From positions 1,116,001 through 1,180,000 of the forward strand of contig NW_025964057.1 in the NCBI RefSeq assembly GCF_023055435.1: 64,000 nucleotides of DNA, written 5' to 3'. The notes below the pieces were generated by a model that was given only the letters and a program-made list of their open reading frames with translations, was not told the DNA's origin and searched no databases. The stretch is from Haliotis rufescens. Lineage: Eukaryota. This document shows, in pieces, positions 49,372 through 60,860 of the stretch (the stretch's first letter is position 1; every line of letters begins with the position of its first letter). A program made the translations under genes and the position numbers.

Positions 49372-52300
49372 TTAAAACAAGCGAACAAGGTTCACAACTG
49401 GACGGTTGTAAGTCACACACTCATCGTTCTTGTACACACGAATCGCGGCTTTGCGGACAAGGTTATCTTGTCCAGGAAACACTGATTCCACAACACCAAG
49501 AGGCCACTCATTCCTTGCACAATTGTCTTTCACAAGAACAACATCTCCTTCTTGCAGGTTAGGCTGGGAAATCTTCCATTTCGACCTGGTTTGAAGACTC
49601 TGCAAGTAGTCAAGTCTCCATCTTCGCCAAAACTCTTCTGCAAGTGTCTGGACATACATCCACTGAGACTTGCATACATTTTTGACATCTAGAGACAGAT
49701 CAAAATTTGGGGTGTGTGCCGTTTTTTGAGTCAATAACATTGCAGGTGATAAGATCATCGGTTGTTCAGGGTCAGTCGAGATGGATGTGATAGGTCGAGC
49801 ATTGATGATTGCCGTCACTTCAGCCATAAGGGTCGAGAGTACTTCATGGGTCAACCGTTTTGTGTTCAGGAGCATAGCATCAAGTATTCTCCGAGAAGTC
49901 CCAATCATTCGCTCCCATACACCTCCAATGTGAGATGAGTGAGGGGTGTTGAACAACCAAACCACACCATTGTTGTACAGGAAGTCTTGCACAGGCCCAT
50001 CTTCTACATTAACAGCAGTGACATTAAGGGATTCAATAGCACCAATGAAATTTGTTCCCCTATCAGAATTGCTTGACTTCCCCTCTTAAGGCAATAAACC
50101 TTCTGAGACAGTTTATGAATGAGGAGCTTGTCATTTCTTCAACGAGTTCAATGTGTACTGCACGTATCATTAGGCAGGTAAACAATATCGCCCATCGTTT
50201 GCTGTTTGCACTACCACCTCTTGCACGACGAGTCACAATTTCCCATGGTCCGAAAGCGTCAACACCAACATAAGTGACTGGTGGGCATGGCACCAAGCGG
50301 TCTGGAGGCAAATCTGACATCATTTGAGTTTCTGGTTTTCGTCTGAGCCGATTGCACGTGACACACTTGCTGATTAGAGATGACACCAGTCTTATTGCCC
50401 CAATAATCCAGTAACCTGCCGATTTCAGAGCACCTTCCGTCAGATGTCTTCCTTGATGTCTTACCCTGTCATGGTAGTGGTGTACAAGAAGCTTTGCAAC
50501 ATGGTTTCCCTTGGGAATGATAATGGGATTAATCTCACAAGCTGTCAGTTTGCTGTTCTTCAGTCTTCCTCCTACCCTAAGAACGCCTTGTTCATCTAAA
50601 GCAGGTGAGAGGGACAAGATTGAGCTTTTCCTTGGAAGTGGCTTCTGGTTTTGCAGACACATGATCTCCTCAGAGTAAGCTTCCCTTTGGACTGCTTTGA
50701 CAATGAAGACCTCTGCATCCTTAAATCCTTCTACATTTCTGAAGTCTTTACACTGGTGCCAACCAACACATGAACTGTTAGTTTTGGTGAAGGATCTTGC
50801 AATGTGTTTCAGATGTGAGATTGTCTTTACAAGTCTTTTCCAACTAGAAAATCTCGTAAAGCGATCAGTGCCCAGTTGTTGCAGCACAGCTGTAGAGACT
50901 GAGGTTTTAGTTGACTTGAGTTCGGCTCTAACATCTTTATCATTGTCTGGGTCGACAAGCGAGAAAAGTTGTGAGTCACACATATCAGATGTATCACTTT
51001 GGCTCAGGACATCAGGTCCTCTTAACCAAAGGCTATCACTGTAGCACAATGATGTCACAGACCTCGTTGCTTGATCAGCTGGATTTATGTTTGATGGCAC
51101 ATAGTTCCACTGTTTTGGTTGTGAAGATTGGCGAATTCTGTCAATCCTGTTTGCGACATACACATGGAATCTTCGTTTCTCATTGCATATATAACCCAAT
51201 ACGACGCGGCTGTCTGTGATAAAATGCAGGCATTCTGCCTGAATGTCAAGCTGCTGGAGTAGGACAACTGCCATCTCTGCAGATAGAACAGCAGCACACA
51301 ACTCTAACCGAGGTATGGTATGTCCATGACGTGGGGCTACTTTGGACTTGCCTAGCAAGAAACTCAGTGTACTGGTGCCATTGACGTCGTACATCTTGAG
51401 GTAAGCAACAGCACCTATTGCTTCCTTCGAAGCATCAGAGAATATATGAATCTCTTTGGTAAGTGAATCAGACATTGAGATTTTTGAATAAGGTCTTGGG
51501 ATGACAACATTTTCAAGATTCTTGAGGGAGTCACACCAGTTCTGCCACTGAGATAAGTAAGAAGAGGGAAGGGGGTCATCCCAACCAGAGGTTGTTGACA
51601 TTAGTTCCCTAAGCAACGGTTTTCCTTTGATGACAACTGGTGCTGCAAAGCCCACAGGGTCGTAGAGGCTGTTTATGGTAGACAATACCCCACGCCTGGT
51701 GAAGGGCTTCCTCTCGGCACAGACTTGGAAGGTGAAAGTGTCTTTGTGAATATCCCAGGATAGGCCAAGGCTTCTTTGAGGCGGAGGAGTGTTCGTGTTG
51801 AAGTCCAAGTCCTTGATGTCCTTGGCGAGGTCCTCCGCATCAAACGCAGCTAGCACAGTTCGACTGTTGGAGGCTATCTTGTGTAGTCTTATGTTACCCC
51901 CATGTTGGAGCGCACTCTGGGTTCTCTGAATCAGATCGATGGCTTTTCCCTCTGTGGGGACGGACAGCAGTCCGTCATCAACATAAAAGTCATTCTCCAC
52001 GAACCGTTTCACATCAACGTCAGCATTTTCCACTGATCGTCTGAGACCATAGGTAGCGACTGCAGGAGAGGGTGAATTCCCAAACACATGAGCAGTCATT
52101 CTGTACTCAATCAAGTCTTGGCTTGGATCATTATTTCTGTACCAGAAGAATCTGAGGTAGTCACGATGAGATGGCTTCACCTTGAAGCAGTAAAACATTT
52201 GCTCCTCATCTGCCGTCACTGCAAAGGATTCTGTTCGGAACCTGAGAAGGATTCCCAACAGATTGTTTGTGAGGTCAGGACCAGTCATTAGGACACTGTT

Positions 52301-55300
52301 CAGAGTGACGCCATTGTACTTCGCAGATGAATCAAATACACCCCTGATTTGTTCTGGTTTCTTGGCATTGTAAACACCAAACAAGGGCAAGTACCAACAC
52401 TCTTGATCCTTTTCCAATGGAGGGGCTATTTCTGCATGTCCCTGGTCTATGACTTTTGCCATGAATGTTGTCATATGTTCTCGCTTTGTTGGATCTTTGC
52501 GCATGCTGGAGTCCAATAGTTTTGCTCGATGAATGGCATGGAATTTGTTGCATGGCAGCCTGAGAATTCGGCATCCATAATCCTCAGGAATTGCTTGTCT
52601 TCAATAGACAAAGTCTGCGTTTCGTCAAGTCTTGTTTTCTGAAAGACACTCTCCCCAAAGTCATTTCTCTCTTTGACTTCAAAATTATTAGGACAGGGCT
52701 CCATGATTGTTGTTCGACCATCCCTGAGCATGTGAGTCTTGTTAACTATGACCACATCCGGTTTGTGTACCTGCCCGAGACAGACTTCCCCAATTATTGC
52801 CCAGCCAAGGTGCAACTTCTGGGCATACGGTGCATCAGGCAGTCCAATGCGCTGATCAAGTACATGATGAGCCGCTAGCAGGTCACGTCCTATGAGCAAC
52901 AGAATGTCTGCACCTGAATCAATAGGTGGGATGTACTCAGCAATGTCCCTTAAGTGAGGATGATGAATAGCTGTTTCTGGAGTAGGGATCTCCTCTCGCA
53001 CATTTGGAATCTCATTACACTCTATCAAGGTGGGTAAATGTAATGATGAGGACCCGTCTAAGGCTTGAATGACATATCCTGATGCTCGTCGGCCAGACAT
53101 TGTCACACAACCAGCACAAGATGAGAGTGTGTATTCAACTTCATCTCCATCTTCATGAAAATTATCAAAGAACTCACTTTTTGCAAGTGACCGGTTGCTC
53201 TGATCATCGATAACAGCGTATGAGAATAAGTACTGTTCTGGACATCCTTTTGGAAATACCTTGACTAGCAGAGTCTTGGCACATGACTTGCCGCTAACCA
53301 AATTATCACATATCTGTGTGCAAGCTGACATCGTTATTGGCTTCTCTTCATGATGTGACGCTGACAGAGCAGTAACGTTTCTCTCCCCTTCATGCTTCCT
53401 CAGCGAAGTCCTGCTGTCTGCAACTTTAGCGGAGGTTTCTCCCTCATTGTTACTGTGCATGGCGGTAGCATGCTGAACACTCCCACAAAAGAAACACTGA
53501 ATGCTACCCTTGCATTCACTCGCAGTGTGCCGAGTAGATTCACAACACTTGAAGCATATTCTATGCTTACCAAGAAAGTCCTTTCTCTCACTCAGAGACA
53601 GACGTCGGAACCCCTTAATAATTAAGAGTATGTCCCTCCGATTTATCGTGGTAGGGACAGAGTCTAACTCGTTCCGTAACATTGTCTTTCTCCCCGATGT
53701 CAGTTTTCTTTGACAACAGTTTGAAGTTTGGGTTGATATTCAAGGGATGAAATTTCTTTGTGGAATTTGGTGCTGACTGTGAGTCATAAAGAAAGCTTGG
53801 ATCATTTCGTATTCTAGCCTGTCTGCTTATGAATTCTGAGAACACAGAAAAGGGAGGATAAGCAACATGATACCGTTCCTTGTAGTTGACTGCTTCATTT
53901 GTCCATTTCTCTTGAAGAGCGTAGGGAAGCCTGTTCACAATCGGAGTCACGCCCGCTGAAGAGTCATAGTATGCCAGAAGGGCTGAGTACCTCTGATTGT
54001 CCTTCACAGACTCAATTTCGGACACAATGTCTGCAAGGTCATAGAGTTTATCATGATCTTTGTTGGAAAGTTTAGGGAAATTAGACAATTTTTTCTTGAG
54101 TGCAGACTCCACAAGCTCGGGACTGGCATATCTGTATCCCAGTCGTTCCCAGATCTTCTGAAGGCCACGAAGTGAATTATGAGCATTAGCAGCACGGATA
54201 CTAGCGGCTTGTCTGCTGGACTCCGGGCCAAGCCACCTGACCAACAAGTCGATTTCCTCCTGCGGAGACACATTTAGTTCGTACATAATTTGTGTAAAGC
54301 TATTCTGCCACACAGCAAAATACTCCAGCTTATCGTTGAATTTACTCAACCGCGAGAGGAGGAGGTCTTTCCTCATCAAATATTTGGAGAGTTCTGAACA
54401 CAAACCCAGTTGGTTTGTCACATGTCCCAATGCAGGGGGAGCTGTCATGTCTGGGACATAAGGTTCAGCTGCAGGGTTGAGCATACTATTTGGTGGAACA
54501 GTACCACGTTGAATTGTCGAGGCCTCTGGTGCATGTACTTGCCTTGGTTGAGTATGGGAGTCGTCACCATGGTTATGGAAGGACTTGAGGTCATGAACTG
54601 TGTTGCGATTACTCTGCCCGGCTTTGTGAGGTGTACTCGTACTTACGGGTATGTCTTGGTTCTTGGACACAGTTTCAACCTGGTCAAGTATCCTAGTTTC
54701 AAACTCATAAAAGGTTTGTTGGTTTTCCACAAATTTCTGAATTTCTTCGAGCTTCGCCGATGTCTGGGAAGAACGGTCGTCTCGCCTTGATTTCTTGTCA
54801 ACCTCCAAGACTCCCTGCATAGCTTGTAATTCTGCCTCAGCTTCATGTACTTCACGCTGTGAAGTAAGAAGTTTCAGATTCACTTCCAGTTCAGCTCACT
54901 GTTTCTCCATCTTTGCTTCCTGTTCAGCAAATTTCAGTCGAATCTTGGGCGCTTCAGCCTTTGCTTTTTGTCTCATGAGAATAGAACTTCCACTTGAATG
55001 AAGGCTTTTGCTTCGCACAGAATATGATTCTATCCTGTCAGTGTTTGTCAAACTAGTAATTCTAGCATTAATGTCCCTCAGTGCCATCTGCACCTTATTC
55101 AAGAGTAAATCTGCAATGTTTTAATGTGCAGCCTGTACTTGTGAACTTTCTTCAGTGCCAGTTCGTTGTAAATATGCAAAGAATTCCAAATATGTTTCCT
55201 CATACTTCCCGTATTGACAGTCAATATTTGCACGCACACTGGTTAATTGTCCCAAATCATCATGTGTCGAGTGTGAACAGGCACTCTCTGTTTGCCTTGC

Positions 55301-55396
55301 TAGTTTGGAAAGTTTGTTGACCTAATTTTGCACGTTTTCTTGATATAGTTCGTAACCTAGCTCCGTTAAACGTCTAGATCCTTTACGTGATGCCAT
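49372..55396 (-). pseudogene. BEL/Pao gag-pol (gag zinc knuckles, protease, RT, RNase H, integrase), several frameshifts/stops
   Basis: CFKCC...H...C knuckles; YAVIDDQS (protease); FYVDDGL (RT); HIFSDAS and IPRLEL (Pao RNase H); H..H..CxxC, DAFGP, SDRGTNF and WERMI (integrase). Confidence 0.95.
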
Positions 55397-55509
55397 AGTG
55401 TAATACTCACGCACAATTCTTGGAAGAATAATGTATCAATGGATCCTACGCCTCGTGGTCATCGGAGCGCTGTGCCTCATAAACGAGAGTGGCGATGAAG
55501 GTTTTTTAC

Positions 55510-55762
55510 TATAACGACTTCGAAAAGATGCTTGTATTGTTTCTTTAATCATCATAAACCCGTAGTACAAAAGGGGTAAAAAACCTGTACATGACAGCAC
55601 TTGAGTAATGGTGATAAGACCTTTGAGTAGGCGTAGAAACCACTGATTTGAAACACGTCCTTTTTCCGCAAGTTTGAAAAAAAAGGTAAGAAATGATAAC
55701 TCTTATTGACTTAGAAAGAAAGAGAAGCGTCCGTAAAATATTGCCTCGTAGGGGGCAAGACA
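55510..55762 (-). repeat. 5' LTR
   Basis: Begins TGTCTTG and ends GTTATA on the element strand. Confidence 0.95.
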
Positions 55763-55767
55763 GGGGA

Positions 55768-56090
55768 GGTTGTAAGTAGAAAATACCTCCCCGGGTTGGT
55801 CCCGTGCGAGGATGTAGGGAGCGTCCAGGTCATAGGCTTCCTGGAGTCCGGGCTCCGTCACCTCGCCAGTGCTCTCCTCTACCCACGGGGCGGGACCTTC
55901 TCCCCATGGGCGTGGTTGGAGCTCACTAACCGCAGCATCGGTATCCATACTCCCGCCGGACTGCGATGGTAGGACACGGTGTCCCTCTATCATCTGATGA
56001 CGGTAGAGAGACAACCGATCCTCGAAACGCCTATGACAAGTCCGGCAGGTAGTACAACCATCCGATGCTGCGATGCGGACGATGAGGGAG
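55768..56090 (-). CDS. polB: polB exon 6, 5' part (C2H2 finger and start of TP-like region)
   Basis: Acceptor ttttattctatcacCAG; CRTCHRRFEDRLSLYRHQMIEGH. Removing the LTR element restores ...GEVFSTYNLP|VSNNFSIGE... in frame. Confidence 0.85.
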
Positions 56091-56319
56091 CTGGTGATAG
56101 AATAAAATTCAATGTATGAATACTGGGCTCGCATATAACAGCATCGTTCACTCACTCACTCACTACGAGCTCTTATGCTTCAAATAAATATCATGACTAA
56201 CACGTGCTATATAATACTTCCAAAGCGAATACATATGAACACCATGACGGATTGAACTAATACATATTATTCAGGGCTAGCTAAAACCCATAGCTTATAA
56301 AATACTATTCAATATCTAC

Positions 56320-56400
56320 CTCCACTAGCACGAGAGTTTCCCGCCCTTGCAACCTGCCCCGAGGAGGTGGGCGGTGTAGGCTGGTTTGTTGAGGTTGTCC
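56320..56400 (-). CDS. polB: polB exon 5 (81 nt, S/T/P/G linker)
   Basis: tgtatttCAG acceptor, GTAGAT donor, phase 1-1; TTSTNQPTPPTSSGQVARAGNSRASG. Confidence 0.7.
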
Positions 56401-56573
56401 CTGAAATACAAAACAGTTTACTGAAAACATCCCAGTCAATGCTATCTATCTACAAACACACGACACACATATATTGAAACCCTATGCGGTATGAACCTCG
56501 TTAGTACTAACACTCGTACATGGATGAATGAAGTGATAGATAGATAGATAGATAGATACAAAATAGAACTCAC

Positions 56574-56624
56574 CCCCACTAGAGGTAGACGGCCGTGCGT
56601 CATCCCGTGACGTCTGTGTTGCGC
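56574..56624 (-). CDS. polB: polB exon 4 (51 nt linker)
   Basis: ttttctccaCAG acceptor, GTGAGT donor, phase 1-1; ATQTSRDDARPSTSSG. Confidence 0.72.
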
Positions 56625-56781
56625 CTGTGGAGAAAAGATATGTTCAATCTATAGCATCTGAGCATATTTTATTCGAGTGAAATGATAAGCTCGAAGTCAC
56701 GAATGTGATATTTTCAATACAGTTAATAACCCATGTCTTTCACACTTTTACTTCAGATGGCATTATGAACATTCAACTTAC

Positions 56782-56848
56782 CGCTAGAATGACACCGTCG
56801 AAAATGCACGGCCAAGTCACGGGGAGAGGGGAACACCTCGGGGCATTT
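56782..56848 (-). CDS. polB: polB exon 3 (second half of a C2H2 finger)
   Basis: tttctacataCAG acceptor, GTAAGT donor. KCPEVFPSPRDLAVHFRRCH completes YRCS| from exon 2. Confidence 0.85.
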
Positions 56849-57049
56849 CTGTATGTAGAAATAAAGCAGTGTTCTTAAAGGGACTGTACGAGTTTAGTAA
56901 CGATACTCGTACTAACATAGCATGATGTCCTTGTTTTCAACATAGAATGAAAATTTCCTTTTAAAAAACATAGGAAGATAAATAACAGTCCAACACATAT
57001 TCGCTTAAATCTAATGAAATTACCCTTACATTCACGAAAATAAACTTAC

Positions 57050-57242
57050 GCTACAACGGTATTCCGATAGGCGTTGTTGCGAGCAGGCAGCGCACTTGTG
57101 CTGGTGTAGTTTTTGTTTGGAAGCAAAACTTTTAGTGCAATGGTCGCAAACAAAGCGCTGCCCTTCGTGAGCAGACCTCCTGTGGCGGTTCACATTCCTT
57201 TGAGAGGAATATAAGTTTCCGCACTCAGGACAGGTGAATGGT
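57050..57242 (-). CDS. polB: polB exon 2 (C2H2 zinc fingers)
   Basis: ttctttCAG acceptor, GTAAGT donor; PFTCPECGNLYSSQRNVNRHRRSAHEGQRFVCDHCTKSFASKQKLHQHKC...YRCS. Confidence 0.88.
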
Positions 57243-57432
57243 CTGAAAGAAATAACCTGTCTATCAAATCTCGCTAGAGATACAACATTGTTTTCTTTAT
57301 AAAGTTGGTAATGAGAGTTACTCATAATCACTTTTACTAACACATACCTTTTCACTCAGCCTAAAACATGTGTAAGCTGTATAGTATTCTCATTTAATAT
57401 AAACGAAATAAGTCATTAAGAAATACACTTAC

Positions 57433-57449
57433 GCGTTTGATGAATCCAT
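57433..57449 (-). CDS. polB: polB exon 1 (ATG exon, MDSSNA)
   Basis: aaaacATGG start; GC|GTAAGT phase-2 donor matches the phase-2 acceptor of exon 2. Confidence 0.75.
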
Positions 57450-57469
57450 GTTTTCCTTGCTGACTGTTG

Positions 57470-57512
57470 AAACTGAAATGACGCTCTGATATTCGGGGTG
57501 GTGTTTATATAG
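57470..57512 (-). promoter_or_regulatory. TATA box and Inr upstream of polB exon 1
   Basis: TATATAAA (57511-57504) followed ~30 nt later by TCATTTCAGTT. Confidence 0.6.
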
Positions 57513-57796
57513 GATGTTTCTATGATGAATGATTGCCATATAGTAACTGGCCATTCAACGCACCTGTATAGCTCACTGTAAGCATGACTGACAGCTTGGG
57601 ATACGGACCACCCATATACCCATATAGATGCACCTGTATATCTGTCTGTACGGTCACACGGGAAAAGATGTTGAACATTGAGCAATTCAGATATTATTAT
57701 TATGTACACACCTGCGTGTTGGCTATCTCGGTGCCTGACCTCAATGTTAGTAGTATAGTCTAGGCTAGTATAGACATAGTATAGTCATCCTATCCG

Positions 57797-58781
57797 ATTA
57801 AGGGTGACTATTGTAAACATGAAAATGTCTTATAGATGGCTTCCATCACTTTCCCAACGAACCTAGCTTCGTGCCGTCACACTGCTACATGTACTCATCA
57901 GTTTTCTATTGAACATAGACATGGTTCTAACTATCTATTGTCAAAATAGCACGTTCTGAAGTAAAACTGTGCACATCATGTTACACGGTTAAAACTCAAA
58001 CCGCACGGTTTATTTGTCATCGCGTTAAATGGAAACGCTAGCATTGAAACATCAACTATGCAAGTCGGGACAGATCTGAATAAGTCAACGCCCTCTATAC
58101 AAATGGTTCACAATAGTACGCAGCGCGGGGTGATTCGAAATCCGGCTGCCTTCAGCGTTATAGTCAATGCAGGGTGACGCCACGACCTCGTTCTTGCGCG
58201 CTAAATGTAATTAAACGACACTGCTAGCTTGCTGATTGCGTAGTCTTATCTATTTTGTCTATATTTTTTTTCTATACAGGTTGTCTAACGTTCGTGGTGT
58301 ACAACGTGTAGACCGTACAAGATGAATTTGATCCAGCTAGACGTACATTTTTGTGTGTGCCTACATTACCCGGCGTATATCGTGTTGACATAACCCGTCT
58401 CTATTGTGGTACTTGTACTTTCAACACACACCCTGCATTCATCAAACCAGGTCGCACGCTCTAGCGAGCGCGGGTTAAATGACGAGGCCACGTGAGTTGT
58501 CAAGCGCGCTCAATTCAAAATGGGCTGACGGGTACGGTCTGTCTATTCAAGGCAGCACGCTATACACATAGCTCTATTCATAACCTTTTACTTTTGTTTT
58601 CTTATGAATTCTTTTCTGCCTTATAAACACACACCTTTCATTCCCCCTCACCTGTGACGCGCTGTTGATGCATTAGTCATCCTATCCGATCACGTGACTT
58701 GGATCAGCCAATCACCTTCGCATCCGCCTGGATCAACCGGATCAACCAAAATGGCCTTCTGCGGACTTAGACTATACTATT
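57797..58781 (-). repeat. Polinton right terminal inverted repeat
   Basis: Reverse complement of 33540-34521. Confidence 0.95.
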
Positions 58782-58885
58782 ATCGTGACAGAGAATGTAT
58801 CATAGGTGACCATAATATAGAACCAAAATCAGCTGTACGAGTTATTTAACAGTGCGCTAAAACTGATGTAAGTCTCGCATACCTC

Positions 58886-59431
58886 CATCTTCCCGAGGTA
58901 AGAGAGTGAACTGACTTTAAAAGTCCAGTTTCCACCCTTGCCGAACTAGGCTGGAATTCCTGGGCTCGATCGTAGCGCCACCAGTGGCTATTTCGAGTTA
59001 TGTCCTTTCTATGCCTCTCCCATTGACCAATCAGATTCAACTGATCGTATCACTTGCATTTGCTTCAAACAAAACGGCGGCGCCCAGTCAAGACGGTCTG
59101 ATCGATAATGAAGATCTATATTGTGATAAAAACGAGTCTTACAACGCGAAGTGCATCAAATCACGTGAGCACCTTGATTAAAAACATGAAAAGATTTAGA
59201 AAATATCTGTTGACAACGAGTTAGCGGTGCACATGCTTTGCAAATCCTGCAATCGACCGAAATGTGCATGACACTTTACGAATCGGATTTCGATTCCGGT
59301 GCGCGATTTTGATTGGACTATGCATAGACTCGTTAGTCCAGCCGAAATGTAACTCCATAATACCAGCCTAGTTCGGCAAGGGTAGAAACTGGACTTTTAC
59401 AGCCAGTTAACTCTCTTGCCTCGGGAAGATG
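58886..59431. mobile_element. MITE with ~70-bp TIRs
   Basis: CATCTTCCCGAGG...gaactaggctgg is inverse to ccagcctagttc...CCTCGGGAAGATG. Flanked by GCATACCTC (58877-58885, 59432-59440). Confidence 0.88.
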
Positions 59432-59789
59432 GCATACCTCAGGAAAAGATGGTCGATGGAAATTGCAGCAGTGGTGTATACAGAACATGGATTTTACACC
59501 TCCATATAAAGGTAGTCTGTAGAGGACAGTTTCACACACCGTTGAGATGACTCCAGCAGCTTCAGTACGACGCAGTGGCCAGGTAGGGGACATTTCTGTT
59601 ATCTGATATCCACCATGGTAAATTTATATATACTCTTAGATAGAAATATATAAGAGATAGATAGTTATAGTTGAATGATAATAATGAACAGAGTGGGAAC
59701 ACATTACAACCGGTAGTGAAGCATGAGAGTAGGTGTTATGACCGGACGATCTTGAAGGACGATGGTGGTAAGATGGTAATACCGCTACG

Positions 59790-60540
59790 AATTTTCAAAA
59801 TTCACTCCTCTTGCAGCGCCTGTCAAAGTTCAGCCAGCGTGGTCAGTGGCACATTATGTTGACGTACGCGTCTCCCTGTCATGACCCAGGCATGTTCAGT
59901 GGGGTAAGGATCTGGGCGCATTGCTGGCATGGCATTCTATGGATGTTGTGCTGCTGGAGGCGAGCATTGACGACTTGTGCACGGTGAACACGGGCGTTGT
60001 CCTAAAAGACAAAACGTCGACCTGCACGTCTAGCAAACCGGACAACAAAGGATGTCAGTATGGTTTCCCGGAACCGTTCTTTGCACAATATGGAGTGGGG
60101 TTTTCTGTCATAGTGATGCCACCACACACCATAACCGATCCACCGCCAAACCCGTCATGTCATTGGATGACATTGGTTTGACGTTAATTTCGACGTCGCC
60201 AGACACGACCACGCCTATCAAGGAAGAGCAAAGTGAATCGGAAAACATGACATGTGACCAGCGACGATTATCCAAGCTTCGACGTTGAGTACACCAATGA
60301 CGTCTGTTGTCATAATGACGTTTTGTATGGGGCGGCACAACAACATATTGTCGTCGAGTATAAAAATCAGCGAATTCTCCAGCATTCGTACTCCAGTAGC
60401 CGGTTGAAAGTATGTCGCGTTTGATTCGCCGATTGAGCTCGATTTCGTTGAGCCTTGTACCGATCAATCCATCCTGCACTCTTGTCGTTGACCTGGGACG
60501 CCCTGAACGGGGTCGATCGTCAACATTTTGGGTTTTGTTG
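59790..60540 (-). pseudogene. Decayed Tc1/mariner transposase
   Basis: DDRPRSGRPRSTT, WSHVMFSD, DNARVH and PDPYPTEHAW (SPDLNPIEHLW-like) motifs spread across frames. Confidence 0.8.
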
Positions 60541-60547
60541 ATACCTG

Positions 60548-60860
60548 ATCCATAGTCTGCGCTCCCCGGCTGCGTCATACCAAAAGACGTTAAAAGATGG
60601 TACTTGTTGTTACCCTGTTGTTAAGGAGCTTAAACAAGGACTGGTCGACTCGGAGTCGCTATACTGTGTCTGAGTGGGGTATTCATGTTAAACTGCGGCA
60701 TGGTATCTTAGTGGGCTAGCACTATAAATCGGCATGAGTCCCGACTAGTACAAGCAACCACACACACATGTGCAAGCACGTCGCTATATAAGTGCAATAA
60801 TCTTGGACGCGACGTTAAACCCCATTTCACCTCACCTCACCTCACCTCACCTCACCTCAC
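60548..60860 (+). mobile_element. V-SINE-like element with (CACCT)n tail
   Basis: gtcataccaaaagacgttaaaagatggtac (V-domain-like); tail gacgttaaaccccatttcacctcacct. Confidence 0.55.

Larger units (their letters stand above)
49037..55762 (-). mobile_element. BEL/Pao LTR retrotransposon inserted in Polinton polB
   Basis: 253-bp LTRs (49037-49289, 55510-55762); 5-bp TSD GGGGA (49032-49036, 55763-55767); PPT AGAAGGGGAG adjacent to the 3' LTR. Confidence 0.96.
33540..58781. mobile_element. Complete Polinton/Maverick (endogenous polintovirus/adintovirus-like element), 25.2 kb including a nested LTR element
   Basis: Starts AGTAGTATAG and ends CTATACTATT. 6-bp TSD ATCGTG (33534-33539, 58782-58787); ~980-bp TIRs. 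Carries pPolB, integrase, ATPase, protease, and major and minor capsid genes. Confidence 0.97.

Noticed and set aside
49072-49420. ORFs reading through the LTR, and the apparent N-terminus of ORF 48636-49127
   Set aside because: LTR sequence; the true upstream polB frame is at 55768 and beyond.
33540-58781. Exogenous viral contamination of the assembly
   Set aside because: Matching 6-bp TSD in host flanks, a nested host LTR element and inactivating mutations show chromosomal integration.
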